A stretch of 64,000 bases of DNA from Poseidonia sp. (GCA_030829545.1 JAURAI010000002.1:128260-192259); one strand, 5' to 3'. Positions 38,588-47,971 are shown, numbered from the stretch's first letter. A program made the numbers and translations. The notes: generated by a model not told the origin, from the sequence alone.

Positions 38588-41500
38588 TCACAAATCGAAG
38601 CCATCGCCACAGACGGGGCACTTGATGCGCTTCAACATCAAATCCTTCACGCTAAAGCTCGCTTGGCATGATGGGCATTTTGCTTCACGTTTCAGATCAG
38701 GAAGCGGCAAAGGTACAGGTTGAATTGGAGTGACTGGAAGAGGAAGTCCTTCGAGCGGTGGCAATTGTCCAGGTAAAGGAAGAGGGGGCAAGCCTTGCTG
38801 AAGGGCGGCTGTCATTTCGCCAATTTCTCGTTGTTGCTTGCGTTGCATACGGCGCTCAAGACGTGCATTCCCTTCACCATCCTCGAGTTTCTTTTCAAGT
38901 TCTGCTGCAAGCGTATCTTCTTCTTCAACGATCACCGCTACCGCAGATTCACTGACGGTCAATTCATCTTCATTCTCGTCGATCAGGAGCAGAGGGCCTT
39001 CGTCCTGTTCAATATTGACCATGATTTCAATGCTGTCCGTTTCCTCTGAGAGCAAGGCTTCCAATCCTTCAAGTTCCGTGTGAGAGCGTCGTACGCTGAC
39101 AATGACGAACACGAGGAAGGATACGAAGACGATTGCCATGACGCCCAACAAGCGTATCTTGAATTCATCGGAATCACCCGGTAGGTACTCAAGAAGCGTC
39201 TCAAAGAGCCCCGGCGATTCAATGACGTCTTGGGAGCCGCTCAAGGAAACAACCTTGCTCAGCGAATAAGAACCAGCGGGTGTCATGGTGCACACAACGG
39301 TATCATCTTCCATCGTACCGATACCGAATGTAAAGCCTACGAAGAGCATGTTCGAGAGCCCTGGAGTTGCTTCACCGTCTTCATTGGCGATAAGACCCAT
39401 ACGCGAGACTGGTCCATAGACGTTAATCTCGTCGTGATAGAGGTAGACACCGCCTTTCTGATCAGACAAGGCGATTGTACTGACACCAGGGGTTGAAGTA
39501 TGTATCACGTTATCATTTGACCAAATAGAATCTGTTGAGATGGTAGCAACAGCCGCTGTTTTCCCTTGCCCTTCAATCCAAGCCCCAATCAATCGGTCAG
39601 AACGATCGTCAACAAGGACATTGAGTTGCGGCGAGGTGGCTTCATCACCGATTGAATACTGGAAACTCCAGGAGGGTTCGTTCAATGCTCCGTGCGTGTA
39701 CATGAGGCCAACGCGTTCCACTCCCGTAACGTCATCCCTGTATTCTTGATAGAAGATATGCAGGTATTCTTCGCCCAAACCAACAGCAAGTGGTTGGGCA
39801 TCTGCTGGTTGAATGTCAATGTCCACGAGGACTGTCAAAGCATTGCCCCAGGAGGCACCGCGATCAGGTGTGGGAGAAGAGAGGACAAAGATGGAAGTGA
39901 GATCTTGCCAAGACCCTCCTGTTGACAAATCCCGATGGTATCCTGCGAGGACCATGGTTCCGTCATATTGATCAAATGTGAAGCCGTAATAGGAGCCTTC
40001 AGAGAGTTTGAGTGCCGGCATGTGGTAGTGTTTTGGCGTAGTTTTTCCAGCAGCCGAAATTGAGGTCATGGCGATATCGCTCAGTATGTAGCCTTCCAGA
40101 TTCAAAGTACGTCGCGTCCATGCGAGTTGAACAAGTCCGTCATCGCGTTCATGAACGGCGAGTTCTCCACCCCACGATTCTTCAATGACAACGCCCCCTG
40201 GCATGCTGAGGGTTGAGGTGATGGTACGGGCGTGCAATTCACCATCAATGGTCGTGAATAGAAGCCCACCGTCGTCAAGACCAACGAATTCCACAGGCGT
40301 TTCACCGGTTGCCAAGGAGATGGGTACTTTGGCGCCTACATACAAATCCACTACCGTCACGTTGAACCGTAATTGACTGTGTTCAAGCTCAACACCTGAG
40401 CCACTGAGTACCGCTCTGTAGGCGATATGTCCAGGGTCGTAAACCACATCTGCAAACTTGGTGAATGCATAACCCGAGGTGGTACTTGAGCCAGGAACGA
40501 GGTTGAGTGTTTTGTCGTCAAGACGGCTCCAGCTGCCGACATCATCCAGCCAACGTTCAAGTCCTATGTTGAGACTCGTGGCGTCGGTTTGGCCGAGGTT
40601 GTCAAGCCTGATTTGGATGTCGAAAGGAGTACCAGGAGTTGGTATTTCGGGTTGGGTTCGCGATGAGCCTGCTAGGAAACGAAGCATGGGTTCAACCGGC
40701 CGAGGTTGGATTTCGAAACTGAAGGTGTAGACGTTGTTGTCTCTGTCAGCATCATCGTATTGCTGGGAAGGGTCGAGTGACAAGGTCACTTCATGTGTTC
40801 CGGCTTCAGTCGCCCACCAGTACAGCGTTGCTCGAACGCTCTCGCCTTCTTCAAGCGAGGTGACCTTACCTTCAGACGGATAGGTTGCGGAATCATCACC
40901 GGGACCATCGAGCCGCAGATAGACTTCGTTGGCGTCAAGGTCGCCAATGTTGCGAACACCAAAGCGTACTTCCAAAACGGTTCCAGCAACAGCACTGTTG
41001 ACCGGCAGGCCTCCATCAAACACTTCAACTGAGCCTGAAAAGGTAAAATCAGGTGCTGCTGGTAGGTTATCCACTTCGTAGGTCCGCCGCAGCACCTCAC
41101 TGGATACTTCTGATGCATTGATTGTGCGCACGCTGATTCGGTGTGAACCATCGGCAACCGATGCAGAATCCCACGTAAAGGACCAGGCTTGAATCCCTTC
41201 ATCTTGCTCCGAGAGTGTGTCGCCAAGAACCCAGTCGCCGTTGTCAATTTTATATTCAACACGATCGTGTTCTGGACCTTCTACGATTCCGCTGAAATCA
41301 ACGAAACCAACCAGGTTCGTTCCGATACCAGGTTCTGAAATCGAGATGGATAAGCGAGTGAGGTGGACGACTCGAACATCGATTGACGAGGCATCTCCAG
41401 CGGCATTGAGCGCACGAGCATAGACCAAGGTGTAGGCTTCATCTTGGTCAATCCAATCATCATCGACCATGAGGTCGTAATACCACTCTTCAACGGTACC

Positions 41501-43471
41501 GTCTGTGTCCAACCAATTGGTAAGTTCAGTACTGTCTCCATCGTCGTAAAACTGCTCGATTTTCACTTGGACTTCGAGGTAGTCGTTCTCACCCACATCC
41601 GTCTCCCCTTCAATTGACAGCGTATTGCCAGAGAGGTAGAGGGATTGGTTCGTTGGTGAGGACATCGTGACATCGTCTCCCAAACCGTCACCTCCGGGAG
41701 GTGGGTCAACGATGATGCCTCCGCCGCCCTCAAAGGGAGTACAAGCTCGGTCGAGCACACGGTCAAGGGCACAAGATGCGTCAACCAGGCCAAAGCCCCA
41801 TTTGTCGTTCCATCGATTGGACACGCCCGGTTCAGAGGCTGAACCCCGTTGTTCAGATGAATTCCTGAGAATATTACGAATCTCCTCGGGTTCAAGGGTA
41901 TCATCTGCATGGAGGAGTGTGGCAACGATGCCTGAGACCAGAGGGGTAGCCATGCTGGTTCCGTCTTTGGATTCATAATCATTGTCAGCAAGAGGACGTT
42001 CCGGTTGTCCGGGGAAGGACGGTCCTGTTGCAGCGGATGCTGAGGTGATACCGGTCCCGTAGGAGGTGATATCGGGCTTCAATTCGTCCCACTCGTCATC
42101 GTCCCCGTCATCAACACGCGGGCCATAATTCGTGTAAGAAGCAAGGATATCATCGGTCCGATTGACAGAATTTCGGTCGTCCACCGCACCGATAGAAATT
42201 GCTCCATCAGCGCTTGCAGGGGACGGGACACGCTTGCTGCCATCATTCCCCATGGCTACGATACAAACGATGCCGGCATCACGAGCGTCGTTGACAAGGC
42301 GTGCTTCGGCCCCTGAACCGTTATCCCCTTCATCGTCTGGATTGAGCGGTGAACTGAATGAACCAAAGGACATGGAAGCGACATCAATGCCTCGGCTTGA
42401 ATCATTATTTCCCCAATCAGTATTTTTGTTGTTGATCATCCATTGAATACCATTGAGGGAGGCTTGCGAATTGGTACCGCCAGAATCTGTAAGGACCTTG
42501 ATGTCAACCAAAAAAGCACCCATCCCCGAACCCGTATGAACACGGTTTGAACCTCCGGTTCCAAGAGCCGTTGCCGCAACGTGTGTGCCGTGGCCTTGAC
42601 CGTCGTCAGGGTCGACCGTGCCGTCTGGATTTGAGGCAGAGGACGTGGCATCAAATCCTGCAACCCACTTTTGGTCGTTGTAACTGGTCGCATCGCTATC
42701 GGGCTCATCATCGATGTCATCGAAATCATTCAGCGCTCGGTGTTCATTGTCCACACCTGTATCCAAGATAGCGATGACGACCCCCTCTCCAGTGTAGCCG
42801 CGTTCGTAGGTGCTGGCCGTATAATCCTCGGAAGGCATGGACCGCGTTGCTTCGGTGGCTACTCCGTTGAAAGGAATCATTACGTTTTGCATCTCAATGA
42901 CCACGACCGCTTCCAAATGATAAATGTCCATCAGTGCGCTCACAGGCACTTTGTCAACCACCAGGGCATCGATTGAATCCATCACCTGAAACCAAGCATT
43001 TCCTTCTTCACCGACCCATCCGTGGTTGTCAAGAACACTTCGAAGTGCTTCGATTTCGTATTCACCGGGATGCCATGCATAATCAACGATGATAGCGACT
43101 GTCTTTCGCCCGTCCGGCCCGATGATGGCAGTTGTTGAAACTGACGGTTCTCCTGCGAGTACGCGTTGAAGACGGTCATCCATTCCATTCCAATCCAAGT
43201 CGGGGCCGTAGCCTAACCACCACATCGGAGGTTCAGCAGAGGCATGCTCTCCTCGCTCAATGAGGCGTGTAGGGCGTTCACACAAGGCTTCGTCACAAAG
43301 CAATGGAGGTAAGCCATCAATCAAAATTGGAGCCTCATAGTCCGATGAAGGCTCCTGCAATGGTTGCTGAGCAAGAACCATGCCGCTCATGTCGGCAAAG
43401 AGGAAGAGAATGGACAAAAGAAGGGCACCAATATGCAATGACGTGCGCTGATTTCCAACCATCATGTCCAC
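38588..43471 (-). CDS. Giant (1627 aa) membrane-anchored subtilisin-family (S8) serine protease with a cytoplasmic coiled/Pro-rich/zinc-ribbon tail.
   Basis: Signal peptide. Catalytic triad contexts VIAILDTGVD, GHGTHVAATA and GTSMATPLVSG. Long beta-rich ectodomain, TM helix LLGVMAIVFVSFLVFVIVSV followed by RR, an acidic segment, GLPPLPLPGQLPPLEGLPLP..., and a terminal CPSC-x16-CPVC. Confidence 0.9.
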   Translation of the reverse strand: MDMMVGNQRTSLHIGALLLSILFLFADMSGMVLAQQPLQEPSSDYEAPILIDGLPPLLCDEALCERPTRLIERGEHASAEPPMWWLGYGPDLDWNGMDDRLQRVLAGEPSVSTTAIIGPDGRKTVAIIVDYAWHPGEYEIEALRSVLDNHGWVGEEGNAWFQVMDSIDALVVDKVPVSALMDIYHLEAVVVIEMQNVMIPFNGVATEATRSMPSEDYTASTYERGYTGEGVVIAILDTGVDNEHRALNDFDDIDDEPDSDATSYNDQKWVAGFDATSSASNPDGTVDPDDGQGHGTHVAATALGTGGSNRVHTGSGMGAFLVDIKVLTDSGGTNSQASLNGIQWMINNKNTDWGNNDSSRGIDVASMSFGSFSSPLNPDDEGDNGSGAEARLVNDARDAGIVCIVAMGNDGSKRVPSPASADGAISIGAVDDRNSVNRTDDILASYTNYGPRVDDGDDDEWDELKPDITSYGTGITSASAATGPSFPGQPERPLADNDYESKDGTSMATPLVSGIVATLLHADDTLEPEEIRNILRNSSEQRGSASEPGVSNRWNDKWGFGLVDASCALDRVLDRACTPFEGGGGIIVDPPPGGDGLGDDVTMSSPTNQSLYLSGNTLSIEGETDVGENDYLEVQVKIEQFYDDGDSTELTNWLDTDGTVEEWYYDLMVDDDWIDQDEAYTLVYARALNAAGDASSIDVRVVHLTRLSISISEPGIGTNLVGFVDFSGIVEGPEHDRVEYKIDNGDWVLGDTLSEQDEGIQAWSFTWDSASVADGSHRISVRTINASEVSSEVLRRTYEVDNLPAAPDFTFSGSVEVFDGGLPVNSAVAGTVLEVRFGVRNIGDLDANEVYLRLDGPGDDSATYPSEGKVTSLEEGESVRATLYWWATEAGTHEVTLSLDPSQQYDDADRDNNVYTFSFEIQPRPVEPMLRFLAGSSRTQPEIPTPGTPFDIQIRLDNLGQTDATSLNIGLERWLDDVGSWSRLDDKTLNLVPGSSTTSGYAFTKFADVVYDPGHIAYRAVLSGSGVELEHSQLRFNVTVVDLYVGAKVPISLATGETPVEFVGLDDGGLLFTTIDGELHARTITSTLSMPGGVVIEESWGGELAVHERDDGLVQLAWTRRTLNLEGYILSDIAMTSISAAGKTTPKHYHMPALKLSEGSYYGFTFDQYDGTMVLAGYHRDLSTGGSWQDLTSIFVLSSPTPDRGASWGNALTVLVDIDIQPADAQPLAVGLGEEYLHIFYQEYRDDVTGVERVGLMYTHGALNEPSWSFQYSIGDEATSPQLNVLVDDRSDRLIGAWIEGQGKTAAVATISTDSIWSNDNVIHTSTPGVSTIALSDQKGGVYLYHDEINVYGPVSRMGLIANEDGEATPGLSNMLFVGFTFGIGTMEDDTVVCTMTPAGSYSLSKVVSLSGSQDVIESPGLFETLLEYLPGDSDEFKIRLLGVMAIVFVSFLVFVIVSVRRSHTELEGLEALLSEETDSIEIMVNIEQDEGPLLLIDENEDELTVSESAVAVIVEEEDTLAAELEKKLEDGEGNARLERRMQRKQQREIGEMTAALQQGLPPLPLPGQLPPLEGLPLPVTPIQPVPLPLPDLKREAKCPSCQASFSVKDLMLKRIKCPVCGDGFDL

Positions 43472-43551
43472 CCCGCATAGGTTTGGAGTGCACGGCTACC
43501 TTTCATTCTATCCACCCTTCGTCTACGAGGTGCCCCATTTAGGGTGCAGAT

Positions 43552-44598
43552 TCACGCCTTCGGCCATTCAAGATGTTCAGCATTCGCTGAGCATTGCAAT
43601 CTTGGGCCGCTTGACCGGACCACCATGCCCAAAGGTGCATCACAATGCGGACACACTCCTGCATTCGCAATGTGTTCCATCCATGCCATACGGGTTTCAG
43701 GCTCATCACTTGCTTGCATGAGATTCTTCAAGGCATTACGGAGATGCTTGGGGATGGTGAGGCCTTGCTCAGTCCACGGATCTTGGAGTGCGACCATGTC
43801 CACCATTTGTGATTTCATTCGGCGGCGCTCAGCAGTCACTGAATCTCGATGACTCGGCCCTCCGTCGACCACCCCGAGTCCAACAGGCCCTCCCTTGGCA
43901 ACCAAAGGAAGCAGCGCATAAGCGGCGACAAAGCCACCAATGTGCGCCATGTGTGCAATGCCGGATGAAACGCCTGACTCCATGGTTGTGAAAGCACGCA
44001 TCAATTCAATCCCAAAGTAGAGAAGGGCAATGAAGACGACGGGCCATGGACGTATCAACAGGAGAGGGAAGGGGATTTCATCTCTGGGCCATCCTGCGAG
44101 GTAAGCTCCCAAAAGGCCAAAGGCGGCACCTGAGGCGCCGAGTGCTGGAATGTTTGATTCGGCATTGAATGCAATCCAACCGATTGAACCACCCAATAAG
44201 CCAAGAACGTAGATGATTCCAAATCGTTTGGTGCCCAAGCGTTGTTCAAGAGGCACACCCACAAGTGCAAGGATGATCACATTCCCCAACACGTGGGTCA
44301 TGTCATTTTGGCTGTGGAGAAAGCCAGCAGAGATGAGCGTGTGCCAAAAATCGGGGGATGTACTTCTCACCGGAACCAAGACAAAATCGCTCCAGACCCA
44401 GTACTCGACCCATCCCCAAGAGGCAAATACAGCCCATAGAACCTGAACCACCGCCCCCAATAGGACGCTCACAGTGATCCCCATAGCGAGGGATGTTTTG
44501 CTTCGCACAGCATAGAACATCGGAGTTGTGACGGCTGCAAACCACAGGAGAAGTACGCCCCATTCAGCCGTGTCAAACAGGCTCATGGCGAAGGGCAT
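43552..44598 (-). CDS. Rhomboid-family intramembrane serine protease with a C-terminal cytoplasmic Cys-rich (zinc-ribbon-like) extension.
   Basis: FLHSQNDMTHVLGNV, catalytic GASGAAFGLLGAY and AHIGGFVAAY. The C-terminus contains CPHCDAPLG...LQCSANAEH. Confidence 0.85.
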   Translation of the reverse strand: MPFAMSLFDTAEWGVLLLWFAAVTTPMFYAVRSKTSLAMGITVSVLLGAVVQVLWAVFASWGWVEYWVWSDFVLVPVRSTSPDFWHTLISAGFLHSQNDMTHVLGNVIILALVGVPLEQRLGTKRFGIIYVLGLLGGSIGWIAFNAESNIPALGASGAAFGLLGAYLAGWPRDEIPFPLLLIRPWPVVFIALLYFGIELMRAFTTMESGVSSGIAHMAHIGGFVAAYALLPLVAKGGPVGLGVVDGGPSHRDSVTAERRRMKSQMVDMVALQDPWTEQGLTIPKHLRNALKNLMQASDEPETRMAWMEHIANAGVCPHCDAPLGMVVRSSGPRLQCSANAEHLEWPKA

Positions 44599-44689
44599 GG
44601 AGGACGGTCGGGGGTGGACCTCTTTTGTGTTGCTGGAATGACGAGAAGAAAACAGGAGGGTTCATTCTTGATGTGCTTGTCCCCGTTTC

Positions 44690-45907
44690 ATGGCGCAGCC
44701 ACTTCTTGCCGTTGATGGCATCGAAGTTCGGCGTGGCATGAATGTCGTATTGAAGGACTTCAACCTCACACTGAAATCCGGAGAGGTGCTGGCCCTCGTC
44801 GGTGAAAACGGCGCAGGTAAATCGACCCTGCTGGAAGCATGTGCCCGATTGTTACCGCTCGAGCAAGGTCGAATTCTTCACGCTGATGTTGTCGTAGCAG
44901 ACCATGAGGGCCGAAGACGCCCCAGCCCGCTCGTCCTTGGATTAGCTCTCCAAAAAAACGGAATGATGGGCAGTGAATTCGTTGCCGAACACCTAGCCAC
45001 TGCGATGTCAATGAGTGGACACAGCGTGGACCCACTTCCATTTCTCCGAGCCTTTTCGCTGGAACATCGAGCCAATGATTTGGTCGCTCACCTCTCCCAA
45101 GGACAAGCCCGAAAGGTAGCCGTTTTGGCGGCGCTCCTACCGGCATTTGCAAGCAAGCAACCAGGGCTGGTTCTTCTCGATGAACCCGCAGCAGGAATGG
45201 ATGAACAGTCGGTTTCCATACTGTGTGAATGGATTGCTCAACTGCGAATTCTCGGCCATGCAGTCATGATCTGCACCCACGACCAACGCATCGCAACGTG
45301 TGCCACAACGCACATTGATGTGAGCACATCAAAAACAACCGAAACAACTCCCAACGAGCCCACTTCAAAATCTGACACGAATTCGCAGCCTGTCAAAGCA
45401 ATTTCACCCGCAGTCTTTGGATGGAAGATGCAGTGGCGAACCTTAGCGTGGCTCAATCACAACGCAGTTGCATCGTTGTTAACACTGGGAATTTTGCTGT
45501 CTTTTGGCGACCTCCTCCAAGGCCTCGAAGATATGCAGAGATATGGTTTTCTTCTCGCACCCGCTTTTGCAGCGGGGTTGTGTGGTGAGGCCATGGTTCA
45601 AGCGTCGAGAGAAGAACGGACGAATGCGTGGTGGCGGGCAGTCGCAAACGCCAACCCTCACAGCGGAATGCTCCCTTTGGCTCTCGGATGCTTGCTAACA
45701 CTTCTCAGCAGCCTCAGTTTTTCCTACGCTATCGAACCAACCGCCATCATTGTTGGTGGCTTGCTGACCTTTTTGACCTGGCACACCATTCGCCTCCTCC
45801 ATGAGGCAACCAATCGTTTGGCACGCCCGAGAGCGGTATTTGTCGGCTTGTTAACCCCGACCCTTATCCTCCCTTACGCCCTTCTTCTTGACCTCCTGAG
45901 CCGATAG
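44690..45907 (+). CDS. ccmA: Heme-exporter ABC ATPase CcmA fused to a CcmB-like membrane domain.
   Basis: ATPase motifs GENGAGKSTLL (Walker A), LSQGQARKVAVLAAL (signature) and LVLLDEPAAGMD (Walker B), up to about aa 200. From about aa 238 there are 4-5 hydrophobic helices with FGDLLQGLEDM, which resembles the CcmB FRDDLQDGSLEQL motif. It lies directly upstream of ccmC. Confidence 0.7.
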   Translation: MAQPLLAVDGIEVRRGMNVVLKDFNLTLKSGEVLALVGENGAGKSTLLEACARLLPLEQGRILHADVVVADHEGRRRPSPLVLGLALQKNGMMGSEFVAEHLATAMSMSGHSVDPLPFLRAFSLEHRANDLVAHLSQGQARKVAVLAALLPAFASKQPGLVLLDEPAAGMDEQSVSILCEWIAQLRILGHAVMICTHDQRIATCATTHIDVSTSKTTETTPNEPTSKSDTNSQPVKAISPAVFGWKMQWRTLAWLNHNAVASLLTLGILLSFGDLLQGLEDMQRYGFLLAPAFAAGLCGEAMVQASREERTNAWWRAVANANPHSGMLPLALGCLLTLLSSLSFSYAIEPTAIIVGGLLTFLTWHTIRLLHEATNRLARPRAVFVGLLTPTLILPYALLLDLLSR

Positions 45908-45947
45908 GACAACCACCTTCAAGAAGGGCGACTCTCCGCCTCTATTC

Positions 45948-46649
45948 ATGAAGCAGAAGGTTGGCGAGGGCTTGCTTTTTTTCGGCTTCGTAGGTATTGC
46001 ATCCACGCTTCTGCTCGCATTGCTTTGGGCCCCAAGCGTCTCTATTGATGCTTTTGAATCACCTGCAGCACAACGAATTTTCTACTGGCACGTCCCTGCT
46101 GCATGGGCTGCCTTCATTGCCTTCGGGGCATTGTTCATCGGATCTCTTGGATGGTTGTTCAAACGTTCTGAACTCATGTGGCGCTTGCACACCGCTGGGG
46201 CAGAGGCTGGTTTGGCAACGGGTCTCATGACCGTGTGGTCGGGATGCGTATGGGGCGCTGCAGAATGGGGCACCCCGTGGGACTGGACGGATGTCCGACT
46301 CAACACATTTGGATTGCTCACACTTCTCGCAATTTACTTGGTATTGGGTCGTGCGAGTCAGCCGGACGGTGTTGAGACGAGGGATACCTTTGCTGCTTTC
46401 GGCCTCTATGGATTTGTATTGGTGCCAATCACCTACGTTGCCACGCGAATCTGGTCCATCCGCCATCCGGGCCCAGTTGTTGGAACTGGAGATGAAGGGT
46501 CCATCAACGGCGACATGGGCCTTGTGTTGTTGCTTGGAGCCATTTCGTTCACTGTATTCATCATCGGTCACATGATGAACTCAATGCATGTGACATCACT
46601 TGAGCAGAGGCTTGAACGGCTTCAAGCCACAATGGACAAGGTGATTTGA
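45948..46649 (+). CDS. ccmC: Heme exporter / heme lyase subunit CcmC.
   Basis: Trp-rich WWD motif WGAAEWGTPWDWTDVRLN, conserved His contexts (FYWHVPAAW), and 6 TM helices. Confidence 0.85.
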   Translation: MKQKVGEGLLFFGFVGIASTLLLALLWAPSVSIDAFESPAAQRIFYWHVPAAWAAFIAFGALFIGSLGWLFKRSELMWRLHTAGAEAGLATGLMTVWSGCVWGAAEWGTPWDWTDVRLNTFGLLTLLAIYLVLGRASQPDGVETRDTFAAFGLYGFVLVPITYVATRIWSIRHPGPVVGTGDEGSINGDMGLVLLLGAISFTVFIIGHMMNSMHVTSLEQRLERLQATMDKVI

Positions 46650-46650
46650 G

Positions 46651-46803
46651 ATGGAGGGAATGACGTACCTAGCCGTTGCCTACTTTGGCATGCTCGTCGC
46701 TATCACCCTCTGGACCTACACGGTGGTGCAACGCAGTCGGCGTCTGAATCAACGCCTTGAGGCGCTCGAAGTAGCGATGACTGGCAGGTTTGAAAACGAG
46801 TGA
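46651..46803 (+). CDS. ccmD: CcmD-like small membrane protein (50 aa), not in the supplied ORF track.
   Basis: The ATG at 46651 is 1 nt after the ccmC stop. My translation is MEGMTYLAVAYFGMLVAITLWTYTVVQRSRRLNQRLEALEVAMTGRFENE, stop at 46801-46803. One TM helix followed by a basic helix, the CcmD architecture, in the CcmD position. Confidence 0.5.
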   Translation: MEGMTYLAVAYFGMLVAITLWTYTVVQRSRRLNQRLEALEVAMTGRFENE

Positions 46804-46879
46804 AACAAGAATGCCCAAAAGGGGTCTTCTGTTCCATCTTCAAGCGAACACGTTCAAAGGTTGTAAGCGAGCCCCTTCA

Positions 46880-47971
46880 ATGGGGAGATACATGACTGGG
46901 CGTCTCGGAGGTGAGTTTTGTCTTGTGTGTGGTGCAGATCCACCTCTCTTTGGCGACCGTATGTGCGAACCGTGCATGCGCGTGCGAACGACACTGGCAA
47001 AAGTACCCGAAAATGTCCCATGGGTGCGCTGCGCACGGTGTGGAATCGTGGAAATTGACGGCAAGTGGGAGAATACAACGGACAGTGAAGTCTGGGATGA
47101 ATTGCTCCACCGAAATCTCGTCGTCCACGAACGCGCAGAATCAATTCAATTAGGCATGGAAGCAAAAACGGTCTCAGATCGGCACACGCTCTTGTACATC
47201 CAAATTGAAGGCGTGATCGACGACCTTCTTTTCCAAGAAGAACACACCATGCGCGCCCGAATGGCCAATGGTGTTTGTTTGACCTGTACCCGCCGTGCAG
47301 GCAATTACTTCGAGGCTACCGTGCAGTTGCGATCAAGTGCCCGCAGGCTCTCTGAAGAAGAATTTACGAGACTGCGAAAAACACTTGATGACGTTCTTGA
47401 AAAACTCTCAGACGACCCTATGTTCTTCATCACTTCAGAAGGGGCCGTCACGGGAGGTTATGATGTGGTTCTGGGCAGCAAAGGACTCGCACGAGCATGG
47501 GGCCGACATCTCATTTCAGAATACGGCGGCATGGTCATTGAAACCAATTCAACCGTCGGGCGCAAGGATGGCGTCGACGTTACCCGCCTGACACTCCTGT
47601 ATCGCAAACCTGGGTATGAAATCGGAGATGTCATCGAATGGAGAGGACATACGTGGCGTCCCTCTTCCTGGACCAAGGATGGGGCGATCATGGAGCGGGT
47701 TGATCGCCGCGAACGTACTGGCGCAACCTGGAGAGACCTTGAGCAGGCCAAGGTCCTTGCACAAATGCACGAATTGGTGAGGGTAGATTTTATCACCGAA
47801 GATGCATCCGTTGGAGAATTTCTAGACCCATCAAATTGGAGGATGGAGTCGGTTCGTCTTCCCTACGACCACGAAGTGGGGCGGAAGGGCTTGCTCGTGC
47901 GCAAAGATGATGCGTGGTTAGCCCTTCCTCATTTCGCCATTGACACGCCTGAGGCCTCGGAGGAATCATGA
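46880..47971 (+). CDS. nmd3: NMD3-family protein (archaeal homolog of the 60S export adaptor).
   Basis: N-terminal Cys clusters FCLVCG...CEPC...CARCG...CLTCTRR, and NYFEATVQLR, typical of NMD3. Start at MGRYMTG (46880) or 46892. The ORF-track start at 46790 overlaps ccmD. Confidence 0.8.
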   Translation: MGRYMTGRLGGEFCLVCGADPPLFGDRMCEPCMRVRTTLAKVPENVPWVRCARCGIVEIDGKWENTTDSEVWDELLHRNLVVHERAESIQLGMEAKTVSDRHTLLYIQIEGVIDDLLFQEEHTMRARMANGVCLTCTRRAGNYFEATVQLRSSARRLSEEEFTRLRKTLDDVLEKLSDDPMFFITSEGAVTGGYDVVLGSKGLARAWGRHLISEYGGMVIETNSTVGRKDGVDVTRLTLLYRKPGYEIGDVIEWRGHTWRPSSWTKDGAIMERVDRRERTGATWRDLEQAKVLAQMHELVRVDFITEDASVGEFLDPSNWRMESVRLPYDHEVGRKGLLVRKDDAWLALPHFAIDTPEASEES

